Source: a bacterium
Lineage (GTDB): Bacteria > SAR324 > NAC60-12
Direction of reading: 5' to 3'
Length of the DNA: 64,000 bases
NCBI GenBank assembly: GCA_965209155.1
Contig: OZ242383.1
Location: forward strand, 1,152,001-1,216,000
The position numbers and the translations under genes are program-made. Shown here piece after piece: positions 10,245 through 20,077 of the stretch. The notes beneath the pieces are model-generated. The model was not told the DNA's origin. It was given only the letters and a program-made list of their open reading frames with translations, and ran no database searches. Within the stretch, counting starts at the first letter, position 1, and each line of letters starts with the position of its first letter.

Positions 10245-10701
10245 TCGTTACGTTTTGGATGCGAACATTTTTTTAGAATACATCTATGGCAGAGCCTTGA
10301 AGGATCATGCTAAAAAAATCCTGCAAGATGCCATATTAAAAAAGATACAAGTTCTTGTTCCAAGCTTATTATTGGATGAAATCACAGAGGTTCTTTGCGG
10401 TAATTTAGACAATCTTAAAGAAGTGAAACACCACTTGGAATATATAGAAAAACTCTCACAACAAGGAGCCTTGAAGATAATTGTTCCCAATACTGGAGTA
10501 CGAATGAAAGCCATTGAAATTGCGAGGACAGGAAATCCTGAAAGTGGCTATCCGGAATTGACTGATTCTTTATACCATGCTTTGGCAATTTTAAATAATG
10601 CCGTATTTATCACAAATGATATAAAGCATATTAGTAAGGTAAAGCAGTTTAGTCATATCAAGGAACTTTCAAAATATGGCAATATTGCTGAGAAATCATG
10701 A
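10234..10701 (+). CDS. PIN-domain (VapC-like) toxin
   Basis: YVLDANIF, LDEI and DSLYHALA...FITND acidic PIN motifs. Confidence 0.9.
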   Translation: MENDRYVLDANIFLEYIYGRALKDHAKKILQDAILKKIQVLVPSLLLDEITEVLCGNLDNLKEVKHHLEYIEKLSQQGALKIIVPNTGVRMKAIEIARTGNPESGYPELTDSLYHALAILNNAVFITNDIKHISKVKQFSHIKELSKYGNIAEKS

Positions 10702-10711
10702 CCAAAATCAA

Positions 10712-10792
10712 GCAGAACAAGTCATTTGAACGGATTGCTTGAGGGCGTCGCTCGTTCCTCGCTCTGGGTGGCGGGTGATGCCGACGTTAACA
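10712..10792 (+). other. attC-like integron cassette site
   Basis: Starts GCAGAAC-AAGTCATTTGAACGGA 10 bp after the toxin stop, has a CGCTCGTTCCTCGCT-type loop and ends CGAC-GTTAACA. Confidence 0.6.
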
Positions 10793-10923
10793 CTATGAAT
10801 AATCCAGGTCTAAAAAAGGAATAGGTTCTCTCGGGCTTGAATCTTTCCAATGGTCCAAACTAGAGGAAGAAGCAAAAACACGATTCTCAAGAAGGAAAAA
10901 GGAGACAGGCTCCTTTTGTCCGT

Positions 10924-11895
10924 TTACCATTTGAAAGGGTTGATCAGTCGGGCCAGGAGGCCTCTTTTGCGTTTCACCTTCGCGGTGCCGTAACGGCCCT
11001 CACCGCCTCGCAGGCGGGGATCGAGCAGGTCCCGCATGTCGTCGCCGAACATGTTGAGACTGTAGACGACAATCGTCAGGCACAGCCCTGGCCAGAGCGC
11101 CAACCGGGGCGCTTGCTCCATGTACTGGCGTCCTTCTCGGCTGAGCATCCCTCCCCAGCTGGGAACCTTGACAGGCAATCCGAATCCGAGGAAACTCAAC
11201 GAGGCCTCGGCAATGATGACCCCGCCAATGTTGATCGAGATGATGATGATGATCGGCGCCATAATATTGGGCAGGACATGGCGCAGGAGGATGTGGCTCG
11301 TGGAATTGCCCACCGCTTTGGCGGCCAGAAAATAGTCATTCTCTTTGACACCAATCGCGGCGCTGCGGATGACTCGGGAGCCCCCGACACCTCCGGCGAT
11401 CCCCAGGACCACGATGATCTGAAGGAGCCCCTGGCCCACGATGGACATGATGGTTAACAAGAATAGCAGTCCCGGAAAACACATCCAGGCATCGACCAAG
11501 CGCTACACCACCAGATCGAATTTCCCGCCAATGAATCCGGAAGTGCCACCGATGAAGAACGCGACGAGCACATTGAGCGTGGTGGCGGCCAGACCGACAA
11601 TCAAGGAAAGACGCGCCCCATAGATCAGGCGGCTCAACAAGTCTCGCCCGATATGGTCGGTCCCCAGGAGTTACTGGGCAGAGGGGGCTTGCATGATGTC
11701 GGCCAGGTGTATTTCCCGATAAGGATAAGGCGCCAGAACCTCGGCAAAGAGAACGACGACAATCAAGACCATGATGAGTATCCCGCAGGCCGTGCCCAGG
11801 GGCTTCTCCTGCCCCAGCCGGATGAAGAAATCCGCCAGCCGGCCCGGTCGCTTGGGCTCCTTGATGACGGATGGGGTTTCTTTGGTGTTGTTCAT
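10924..11895 (-). pseudogene. dppC: DppC paralog with two in-frame stops
   Basis: Same length (972 bp) as 5039-6010. TAA at 11671-11673 and TAG near 11503-11505 replace Tyr and Gln codons. Confidence 0.9.
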
Positions 11896-11913
11896 GATCC
11901 CGATTTCTCTAAA

Positions 11914-11985
11914 GGTAGGGCCGGGTGACGTCCCGGCTTAAAAAACGCATCGCTCGCATTGGCCGGGACGTCACCCGGCCCTACC
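11914..11985. repeat. REP-like GTAG palindrome, copy 2
   Basis: Near-identical to 6029-6100. Confidence 0.8.
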
Positions 11986-12035
11986 GTTTTCTTGGTGATA
12001 TTAATCCTAACCCCTAACCCCTGTCGCGCCAGCGA

Positions 12036-12400
12036 CTATTCATACCGCACCCTGGGGTCCAAACAGGGATAAATCAGGTCGATGAGGAGATTGAGCAGCA
12101 CCACCCCGGTGGCGAAAAACGGGTTGACTCCGGAGACCATCGTGTAGTCTCGGTTTTGGAGGGCATACACCGGGAGCCGACCCAGCCCTGGCAGGTTAAA
12201 GATGTTCTCCATGATCACGGCGCCGCCGACCAGGATCGGCAACTGCAAGCCGCAGAGAAGTTAGGTGGCCGCAGCGCGGCCAAAAAGCCCAGCTGAACGC
12301 GTCACCACCGGGATGAGGAAATTTTTGAAGGAGTGCCGGATAATCACGACCCGCTCCCTGAGCCCCTTGGACCAGGCGGTGCGGATATAGTCCTGCCTTA
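12036..12400 (-). pseudogene. dppB: DppB paralog, 3' third only, disrupted
   Basis: RQDYIRTAWSKGL...LPILVGGAVIMENIFNLPG...LDPRVRYE. Truncated at about 12400, with an unrelated insert at about 12250-12298. Confidence 0.88.
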
Positions 12401-12443
12401 GAAACCGTTTGGTTAAATAAGACACTTTGCTAAGGTCACTACT

Positions 12444-12725
12444 TCACCGCTCTTCATCATTATAATCGTAAAAAGGTTCTCCATCAAGAGCAGTGAAACC
12501 GGTTAACTCAGGATCATTTTCATAATCGTCCTTCAAAGCGATGGCTGCTTGGCTTAATCGTTCCTGGTCAGATGCTTTTGATTGAATAATCGTACTCTCT
12601 AACATTTCTTCGATGGATTGTCCTGCTTCATCTGCTGAATCCTTGAGGCGCATGTAATTTTCATCACTCACCAAAATCGTCTGCATGGTATCCTTTTTCA
12701 TGTTGGAGGTATCCAGCGTGGGCAT
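12444..12725 (-). CDS. Small acidic hypothetical protein, antitoxin-like
   Basis: RHH-like N-terminus. The C-terminal AAIALKDDYENDPELTGFTALDGEPF resembles antitoxins usually found beside PemK/MazF toxins (recollection). Confidence 0.55.
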   Translation of the reverse strand: MPTLDTSNMKKDTMQTILVSDENYMRLKDSADEAGQSIEEMLESTIIQSKASDQERLSQAAIALKDDYENDPELTGFTALDGEPFYDYNDEER

Positions 12726-12936
12726 GGAGATCGTTTGATAATTTCAGTATACCGATTTGAAGAGGAAAGCACAAATGAAAGAGTTCTTACTTCTTTTTCT
12801 GAAGAAAAATCCTCATAAGAGCAATTCACAATGGGTCTAAAATGTAAATTCTGTGATAGATTCCCCTTGTTTGGAGAAAAATATGCGCTGGGACAGTGGA
12901 GGGACGAGAGAGTGATTGGAGATATTCACTCGAGCG

Positions 12937-14082
12937 CTAGTCATAAAGGATGCCCTGTTTCTCAAAGTGCTTGAGGGTGGTGGAGTCTCGCAGGTCACCG
13001 GGTTTTAATATGATGGAATCGGTTGAAAATCGTCGTTTTTGCGCATTCCCATTTTCGCTGAGGAGCGAACCTCCCACCGCCAATCGGTATGCCGGAACAA
13101 TTGGAAGCAGGAAGGTTTGTTCACCAATGACGCATTCAAGTGGCGGGACCAACTCGCCCGTGGCTTCATCGAAGATTTTCTTACCAGAGGCCATGACCAC
13201 CCCACTGGCAACGACGGCTCCTTCTTCAATGATTCCTGACACTTCACACATGGCTCCAATCTTTACACGGTCTTCGACAATGGATGGAAGGCGGCCTGCC
13301 GGCTCCAGGACTCCTTCAATGCCGGAACCAGCACCAAACTTGACTCCCTTACCAATTTGAGCGCAAGAAGCCACGCGAGCGCCTCCATCGATCATTACGC
13401 CCTCTCCCGCAATGTAAGCGCCAATATTGACGAATGCCTGGTTCATGATGACAGTTTGCGGGCCAATGTAAACCCCCGTACGGACAATGGAACCGGGCGC
13501 ATAACGCACGTTTTCTTTTTCAAAGGTTTCGTCAGAATAATTGGCGGTTTTTAAAGGAATTTTGTCCCAAGAAGACCCTTGCAAACGGACGTTGGCGTGG
13601 GTCGCGAAATAGTTTAATATGCCATCAATGACATAAGTTTGAGCCTGCCAGACCCCATTGATCTTTTCTGCTGCGCGGACGGTTCCCTGGTTGAGCAATT
13701 CAATAAAGACCTCACATTCCGAAGCAGAGGCAGAGCGCTTTACAATGGATTCCAATAGTCCAGCAACAGGACTGCTGACCCGTTGAATCCGCAAACGCCG
13801 GGAAGACTCCATCTGCAACAAAAGAGAAAGGTTCGGGTGTTTCTCGGGACGAATACGCGCATCCTCCACATGTTCTCCAAACAGTGCAATCCCTTCTTTC
13901 GCCTGTTCAAAATCAAGGCGTCCGCTTTGGGACGAGATATGATGAAACACGCGCAGGGCCCCTTGTTTTCCCGGCAAGTTGGGAATGATGGAAAGCAAAT
14001 TGCCTCGCTCATCAAAAATCCGTATTAAAACGAGGAAATCAACGGGACTCAATTTACTTAAGTTTTCTTGAAAATTACTCAT
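12937..14082 (-). CDS. dapD: Tetrahydrodipicolinate N-succinyltransferase with N-terminal DUF2322-like domain
   Basis: DapD motifs GTVRAAEK, WDKIPLK, FVNIGAYI, ASCAQIGKGV and GIEGVLEP. The first ~100 aa carry PGKQGALRVF and EHVEDARIRPEKHPNL. Confidence 0.85.
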   Translation of the reverse strand: MSNFQENLSKLSPVDFLVLIRIFDERGNLLSIIPNLPGKQGALRVFHHISSQSGRLDFEQAKEGIALFGEHVEDARIRPEKHPNLSLLLQMESSRRLRIQRVSSPVAGLLESIVKRSASASECEVFIELLNQGTVRAAEKINGVWQAQTYVIDGILNYFATHANVRLQGSSWDKIPLKTANYSDETFEKENVRYAPGSIVRTGVYIGPQTVIMNQAFVNIGAYIAGEGVMIDGGARVASCAQIGKGVKFGAGSGIEGVLEPAGRLPSIVEDRVKIGAMCEVSGIIEEGAVVASGVVMASGKKIFDEATGELVPPLECVIGEQTFLLPIVPAYRLAVGGSLLSENGNAQKRRFSTDSIILKPGDLRDSTTLKHFEKQGILYD

Positions 14083-14136
14083 GATGTTCGCTCACTATCG
14101 TAAAGTTCCAAATAGGTATCGAGTGCTACGCGCCAG

Positions 14137-15522
14137 TTAAATAGGCCTTCTATCAAAATGACTCAGCGGCCGTTTTCCCAAGGGGAAGACATTGAAGCCG
14201 ATTTCAAACAGGGCCGGGTGATCCAGTAAATTGCGACCATCAAATACGAAAGCAGGGTGTGTCATCGACTGGAAGATACGTTGGTAATCCAACTCTTGAT
14301 ACTCTTGCCAATGGGTGATCAAAACGAGTGAATGAGCGCCTTCCGCGGCTTTATAAGGATCTTTCTCGAATCGAATCTCTCCTTCAACTCCTTGCAAATC
14401 GTTTTTTGCGTTTTCCAATGCTTTCGGATCGGTGATGCTGAGGGTTGCTCTCTCTGCCAGCAATTTGAGACATATTGGCAGAGCGGGCGTGTCTCGCGTA
14501 TCTCCCGTGTCCGGTTTGAAGGCAAATCCAAAGATCGCCACTTTTTTATTCACCAGCGTATTGAACTGGTTGCTCAAGATCGTCCGGAAGAAACGGTTGA
14601 TTTGATAATCATTCATGCGGATCACGCTGTCCCAGTACCGGGCCACTTCCGGTAGTCCATAATGGTCACATAAATAAGCGAGTTGCAAGATGTCTTTGCG
14701 AAAACAGGATCCTCCAAAACCAATTCCGGCTTGTAAGAAATGGGGGCCAATCCGTGTGTCCATGCCGATCGCATGGCTCACTTCCGAGATGTCGGCGCCC
14801 GTTTTTTCACACAAGGCAGTGATGCTGTTGATGGACGAGATTCGTTGCGCGAGCATGGCATTGGCGAATAACTTGGACAATTCGCTACTCCAGACGTTGG
14901 TCATCAGTATTTTTTCCTTCGGCACCCAGTGGGCATAGAGATCTGCCAGTACTTGACAGGCTTGTCTGCCGGATTCATCATCTCGTCCTCCAATCAGCAC
15001 GCGGTCCGGGTTTGTCAAATCCCTGATTGCGGTACCCTCGGAAAGAAATTCGGGATTGGAAATCACTTCAAAGTGAGTCGTGCTGCTCGCAGGATGTAAA
15101 ATACGGGCCATCGCCTCCGCGGCTCGCACGGGTAGCGTGCTTTTTTCCACAACCACGACCTTGGGTTTGCTCGTGTTGGATCGAATGACCCGTGCCGTCT
15201 TCTCCCAATATTGCAGGTCGGTGCTACGCCCCGCTCCTTCTCCATAGGTTTTGACAGGGGTGTTGATGGCAACGAAAATGAGGTCCGCCTCCGCAATTCC
15301 CTTGGGAATATCCGCACTGAAAATCAGGTTCAATCCTCGAACCTGCTTGACCAGTTCCCACAACCCGGGTTCATAAATTGGCAGATGGTCCGAATTCCAT
15401 TGTTCGATACGTCTTGAGTTGACGTCGACAACGGTGATCTGGTGTTCGGGACAGTTTTTCGCAAACATAGCCATGGTGGGCCCGCCCACGTAACCGGCTC
15501 CAATACACAAAATATTAGCCAT
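14137..15522 (-). CDS. ugd: UDP-glucose 6-dehydrogenase
   Basis: CIGAGYVGGPT, EKSTLPV, SNPEFLSEG, GFGGSCFRKD and FKPDTGDTR. Start placed at MANIL with GGAGG RBS. Confidence 0.95.
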   Translation of the reverse strand: MANILCIGAGYVGGPTMAMFAKNCPEHQITVVDVNSRRIEQWNSDHLPIYEPGLWELVKQVRGLNLIFSADIPKGIAEADLIFVAINTPVKTYGEGAGRSTDLQYWEKTARVIRSNTSKPKVVVVEKSTLPVRAAEAMARILHPASSTTHFEVISNPEFLSEGTAIRDLTNPDRVLIGGRDDESGRQACQVLADLYAHWVPKEKILMTNVWSSELSKLFANAMLAQRISSINSITALCEKTGADISEVSHAIGMDTRIGPHFLQAGIGFGGSCFRKDILQLAYLCDHYGLPEVARYWDSVIRMNDYQINRFFRTILSNQFNTLVNKKVAIFGFAFKPDTGDTRDTPALPICLKLLAERATLSITDPKALENAKNDLQGVEGEIRFEKDPYKAAEGAHSLVLITHWQEYQELDYQRIFQSMTHPAFVFDGRNLLDHPALFEIGFNVFPLGKRPLSHFDRRPI

Positions 15523-15717
15523 TGGCTTCGACCTCCCCGGCAAAATGGTCAGTTGGAGCTGAATAACGACCTTCTCCACCACCGGAGTCCCGCTTGCAAG
15601 CGAATATGAAAAGATAATTCGACCTCGATATTTCTGGAAAATCATTCGTAAACGAAGCCGGTCCATCCATGCGAGTCATCGTTCTCACTCGAAATGAAGG
15701 TGCTTGCTCTCATTCAA

Positions 15718-17358
15718 TCAGAATTGGAAGAGAGAATCGTTGATATCAGATGGAACCGCTCGTCCCAATAAAATGAAATTGGTTGCGGCAACCTGACTGA
15801 GATTGAGTTCCTCTGATTCCGTCAGGCATTTGAGATGATAATCATGATTATACAAAGGATCATAGATGATAAAAGGAACCGGATTGAGTGAATGTCTGGC
15901 ATCGGGTTCCCAGATTTCTTTTTCTTTGTTAAAAGATTGCATCTGATCCGCATTTCCATGGTCAGCAGTGATAACCAGCAAACCCGAGGTTTGCTCGATG
16001 GCTTTTACGATTTCCACCAAAGCCCGGTCAATGGCTTCAATGGCCGTAATCGTCGCTGGCAGGTTCGCAGTGTGTCCTACCATATCAGCATTGGCGAAAT
16101 TGACCAATCCATAATCGAATCGTTGCGCCTTGATGAAAGTGACCGTTTGCTGTTGGATTTCTGCGGCTTTCATAGCAGGGGCGAGAGAAAATGAAGCAAT
16201 CCTGTCGGAGGCGATTGATTGATAAATTTCTGCTTGGGGATCCAAAGGATGGCGGTAACCTCCATTATAAAAAAAAGTGACGTGTGGAAATTTCTGTGTT
16301 TCCGTCAATCGAAATTGTTGCAGTCCCATTTCCAGGATGCGCTTGCCAAAGGGGTTCTCCACCAAGGTCGGTTCCACAATAAAGTCGGGCGGGAATCGAG
16401 AGTCCTGTTCGTACACCGTCATCCCTGCGAATTGGACCCGAGGACGAGGATTGCGGTTAAAATGGGAGAAATTATCGTCGAGCATAGCGTGCGTGAATTG
16501 CAGGGCTCGATCCGCGCGAAAATTCATGGAAATGACGCAATGTTGATCGTCAATCACACCAATGGGCCGGTTGTCCCGCGTCAAGACAAAAGCGGGGAGA
16601 TCCTGGTCTACGATACCAGGTCGCTTTTGGCGAAAGTGTTGGATCGCCTGTTCAATCGATGCGAAACGATTGGGACTGCTCCCTCTCACATGCGCCTGCC
16701 ATCCCTCTTCGATTTTCGTCCAATTACCATCCCGGTCCATCGTGATCACTTCACGTCCACCCCCACTGGCGAAAGCATAATCGATCCCAGGACGTTGTTG
16801 CTTCAATGCATGAAAAACGGCTTCCAATTGCCGGGTGTATTGGAGGGCGGATTGGATGGGAGTGTCCCTGCCATCCAGGAGGGCATGCACGTAGAGCCTG
16901 GCAATGCCGGCTGCGAATGCATGGTGAATAATTGCCGTAAAATGGTCAATATGGCTGTGAATGTTTCCGTCGGAGAGCAAGCCGATCAAATGCAGCGGGG
17001 TTTGATGTTCCAGGCAATGTCGAACAAGCTTTTGCAAAACCGGACTTTTTTGAAATTCTCCTCTCTCGATCAATTGTTTGATACTGGCAGGTCCTTGTTC
17101 CAGGATTTTCCCCGCTCCCATCGTCATGTGTCCCACTTCGGAACCGCCCAGGTCCTTCGCTCCCGGCAGACCGACGTGTACCCCATGCGTCAAGAGTTCA
17201 GTATGGGGGAACTGACGTAGCAAATAATCCATCAGTGGCGTATGGGCTTGGGAAATGGCATTGAATTTACCCGGAGGTGCCTGACCCCAACCATCGAGCA
17301 CAATATGAATGAGGGGCTTCCTGCCACGAAATTTTTCCGCCAATCGCGCCGGAGTCAT
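15718..17358 (-). CDS. gpmI: 2,3-bisphosphoglycerate-independent phosphoglycerate mutase
   Basis: IVLDGWG, GGSEVGH, LDGRD, NFRADRA, NADMVGHT and TADHGNAD. Start placed at MTPARL. Confidence 0.95.
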   Translation of the reverse strand: MTPARLAEKFRGRKPLIHIVLDGWGQAPPGKFNAISQAHTPLMDYLLRQFPHTELLTHGVHVGLPGAKDLGGSEVGHMTMGAGKILEQGPASIKQLIERGEFQKSPVLQKLVRHCLEHQTPLHLIGLLSDGNIHSHIDHFTAIIHHAFAAGIARLYVHALLDGRDTPIQSALQYTRQLEAVFHALKQQRPGIDYAFASGGGREVITMDRDGNWTKIEEGWQAHVRGSSPNRFASIEQAIQHFRQKRPGIVDQDLPAFVLTRDNRPIGVIDDQHCVISMNFRADRALQFTHAMLDDNFSHFNRNPRPRVQFAGMTVYEQDSRFPPDFIVEPTLVENPFGKRILEMGLQQFRLTETQKFPHVTFFYNGGYRHPLDPQAEIYQSIASDRIASFSLAPAMKAAEIQQQTVTFIKAQRFDYGLVNFANADMVGHTANLPATITAIEAIDRALVEIVKAIEQTSGLLVITADHGNADQMQSFNKEKEIWEPDARHSLNPVPFIIYDPLYNHDYHLKCLTESEELNLSQVAATNFILLGRAVPSDINDSLFQF

Positions 17359-17362
17359 TTTT

Positions 17363-18703
17363 TTATTTTTCCCGCTTGATAAGGTGAAACCCAAATTGGG
17401 TTTCCACAATGGCGCTGATTTCTCCGGGGCGTAAAACGAAAACCGCTTTGTCAAATGCCGGGACCATCGCCCCTTCGGCAAAGCGTCCCAAATCTCCTCC
17501 CTTGGGAGCGGAAGGACCATCCGAATGCAGTTTGGCCAGCTCTGCGAAGTCTTCTCCCTGCCGCAACTGCCGGAGCAATGATTCAGCAATTTCACGTGCT
17601 GTTTCTTTGCTGCGCGTTTGTTGGGATCGCGTCGCTCCCTGGAAGGAAATCAAAATGTGTCTCGCTTCCACGAATCGCAGTTCAACGCGCTTCATGATGA
17701 GGTATCCGAAGGGAGAATCGATGGGGTCGCTGACCTGTCCGACTTTCAATCCGAGTGCCATTCTCAGAAAGTGAGGGGTTTCGGGATCATACCGAATATC
17801 AGGAATCCTGGTTTGTTGAGGGAGGTCGGAGAATTGCGCAACCAGCTCTGAAAAATCAACGCCTTGCCTGCGGGCCAAATCCGTGATCTGCTCCGCCACT
17901 GCCTGCGCGCCTGCTTTATCGTAATATATATCGGGTTTCGCATTGCGTACTCCTTTGTAAGCAATCACCATGAATTCCACACTGACTGCTTTCTCTACTT
18001 CCTGCTGCTCGCCCGGAACTCGGGAAGGATCAATTCGACTGGTTGCCTGCGGTACGATTTTGCGGTTTTTCTCTGACAACTTCTTTTCGGCTTCCAGGGC
18101 TTGTTCCATCATCATTGCCACATCAAAGGCCTTGGCATCCTCTCCTTTGCGGATGATAACGACTTGCTCGATACTGTCTTGCTGCTCGATGGAATCGACC
18201 ACATCCAACCCTGAGCGCACCTGACCAAATACTGAATGTTTGTTATCCAACCAGGGGGTGGCCTTGTGAGTGATGAAAAACTGGCTCCCGTTGGTATTCG
18301 GACCTGAATTGGCCATGGACAACACCCCTGCTCTATCATGACGGAGATCCGGGTGGAATTCATCCACAAAACGAAACCCGGGGCCTCCTCTCCCGTTACC
18401 CAGGGGGTCGCCTCCTTGAATCATGAAGTCTGCAATGACACGATGGAAAGACAAACCGTCATAAAATTTGGATGTTCTGGATTCACCCGTGACCGGGTCT
18501 TTCCATGCTTTGCTCCCTTCGGCCAATCCCACGAAATTGGCGACGGTGTTCGGTACTTTTTTATAGTACAGTTCGAGCAGTATCGAGCCCTTGCTCGTCT
18601 TCATTTCGACATAAAGTCCATCAGGGAGTTCATTCATATCGACTGCTTTGACAGGAAATGTGAAAAAAACGGTGAAAAACATGATAAATAAAACTCGATT
18701 CAT
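17363..18703 (-). CDS. Exported peptidyl-prolyl isomerase: cyclophilin domain plus two parvulin/rotamase domains
   Basis: Signal peptide, [15 protein letters not shown] and [17 protein letters not shown], then ARHILI...HSDGPS...GGDLG...ETQFGFHLI. Confidence 0.92.
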   Translation of the reverse strand: MNRVLFIMFFTVFFTFPVKAVDMNELPDGLYVEMKTSKGSILLELYYKKVPNTVANFVGLAEGSKAWKDPVTGESRTSKFYDGLSFHRVIADFMIQGGDPLGNGRGGPGFRFVDEFHPDLRHDRAGVLSMANSGPNTNGSQFFITHKATPWLDNKHSVFGQVRSGLDVVDSIEQQDSIEQVVIIRKGEDAKAFDVAMMMEQALEAEKKLSEKNRKIVPQATSRIDPSRVPGEQQEVEKAVSVEFMVIAYKGVRNAKPDIYYDKAGAQAVAEQITDLARRQGVDFSELVAQFSDLPQQTRIPDIRYDPETPHFLRMALGLKVGQVSDPIDSPFGYLIMKRVELRFVEARHILISFQGATRSQQTRSKETAREIAESLLRQLRQGEDFAELAKLHSDGPSAPKGGDLGRFAEGAMVPAFDKAVFVLRPGEISAIVETQFGFHLIKREK

Positions 18704-18779
18704 GATGCCTTTTTTTAAATTGAGTGAGCGGTATCCAATGGTGACTTTCGCAGAGCGTTACCAGGAAGGTGGTAAGTGA

Positions 18780-19304
18780 TCATTTATCATAATCGTCGAT
18801 TGAAGTATAAAGGCCAACTTGCAGGTCCTTGGCCGAATAAATCAGCCGGTCGTCTACCGTCAATGTGCCATCCCCGAATCCCATGGCGAATTTTTTCCGT
18901 ACGAAAGTCCTGCGGATGTCAATCCGGTAAACGACTTTTTTTGCGGATCGCAGGACCTGGCCTTTGAATTTGACTTCTTTCACTCCCATAGCTCGTCCTT
19001 TTCCAGGCAGTCCCTTCCACCCCAGGAAGAAGCCGACCAACTGCCACATAGCGTCCAGACCCAGACATCCCGGCATTACCGGATCGGATTGGAAATGGCA
19101 ATCAAAAAACCAGAGTTCCGGTTTGATATCCAATTCCGCAATCATTTCACCATTCCCATAAATCCCTGTGTCCTCCGCAATATTTACGATACGATCCATC
19201 ATGAGCATGGGGGGAATCGGCAATCGAGCGTTGCCCTCACCAAAAATTTCGCCATACCCGCATTTTATGAGTTCATCATGAGTATAAGAGCTTTGTTTAA
19301 TCAT
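18780..19304 (-). CDS. fabA: 3-hydroxyacyl-ACP dehydratase/isomerase FabA
   Basis: [12 protein letters not shown] and [32 protein letters not shown]. Confidence 0.96.
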   Translation of the reverse strand: MIKQSSYTHDELIKCGYGEIFGEGNARLPIPPMLMMDRIVNIAEDTGIYGNGEMIAELDIKPELWFFDCHFQSDPVMPGCLGLDAMWQLVGFFLGWKGLPGKGRAMGVKEVKFKGQVLRSAKKVVYRIDIRRTFVRKKFAMGFGDGTLTVDDRLIYSAKDLQVGLYTSIDDYDK

Positions 19305-19517
19305 CAGAACAGCGAAGTGACTCGATTCATCTGCAGCGACTATACAAAAGAGGAAGCGGCAAAATCAATAAAATATAAACTCGTTGGAATCCACTATTAC
19401 ATGGAAGGTAAAGCTCCTTCTACCAGATATCAGTATCATTTGCACGATTAATTAATCTCATTAAACCACCAGCTCTGCTGGTGCGAACCTAATAGGTTTT
19501 GCCGGTCAGACATGAGA

Positions 19518-19960
19518 AACGTATCCGTGTCCGTTAGCCGTGCTCGTGCTCGTGAACGGTCAGTGAATTCGACGGCACATTTTGGTTAACATAGAAACAA
19601 TGCGATGAAGTAACTGTTTCCCTTCGTCAAATAAAGGAGGCTGGATGATCTTCAACACGTTTAAAACATCGAGAATAGCAGCGCATTCCATTGCGGAACC
19701 TCGGGCAAATGCATAGAATCGTTGCTTGTCAGGAAAGGAATTATTTCCACAGCCTTCTGCGATATTGAGAGGAATCGACCATGAGGCCCTTTTCAGTTGG
19801 TCAACTAAGGCTGAGTATCCTTTTGGCAATGTTTCGATGACTTGGACAGATAACGCTAAAAATTCGATGGAACATTGGTATACATCGAGTTTTTCATGAT
19901 CTAACATGGCAGCCTTTTTCGTTCACGAGCACGAGCACGTCTTACGATGACGAACACGTT
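19518..19960. repeat. 41-bp imperfect inverted repeat of CGTNNN hexamers directly flanking the four-helix-bundle gene
   Basis: Arms 19518-19558 and 19920-19960. The inner 20 bp (CGTGCTCGTGCTCGTGAACG) are perfectly complementary. Confidence 0.92.
19560..19907 (-). CDS. Four helix bundle protein (23S rRNA IVP / Avd-like fold)
   Basis: DHEKLDVYQ, DQLKRASWSIPLNIAEG, ARGSAMECAAILD and RIVSMLTKM. Confidence 0.93.
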   Translation of the reverse strand: MLDHEKLDVYQCSIEFLALSVQVIETLPKGYSALVDQLKRASWSIPLNIAEGCGNNSFPDKQRFYAFARGSAMECAAILDVLNVLKIIQPPLFDEGKQLLHRIVSMLTKMCRRIH

Positions 19961-20077
19961 TTGCCCCCATCCTGGGGGCCTCTTCAAGCCACCGGCTCTG
20001 CCGGTGGTGATGACTCGGAATTATACGCGTCTGGTGGAAAAACTTCGTTATCGCCTGCGATAGTGCGAACTACCGTT

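Larger units (their letters stand above)
19458..20016. mobile_element. Non-autonomous IS200/IS605-like shell (both end hairpins, no tnpA) enclosing a four-helix-bundle cassette
   Basis: Left TCATTAAACCACCAGCTCTGCTGGTG. Right GCCCCCATCCTGGGGGC followed by TCAAGCCACCGGCTCTGCCGGTGGTGATGACT. Confidence 0.65.

Noticed and set aside
16219..17220. 333-aa plus-strand ORF and the many other antisense ORFs over GC-rich genes
   Set aside because: They are antisense to well-supported genes and have no recognisable motifs.
15523..17595. Long N-terminal extensions of ugd (to 15666) and gpmI (to 17595) in the ORF track
   Set aside because: The gpmI extension overlaps the upstream gene, and neither extension shows family motifs. 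Internal Met starts fit better.
19518..19960. 23S rRNA intervening sequence
   Set aside because: The flanks are fabA and an RND gene. No rRNA sequence is present.
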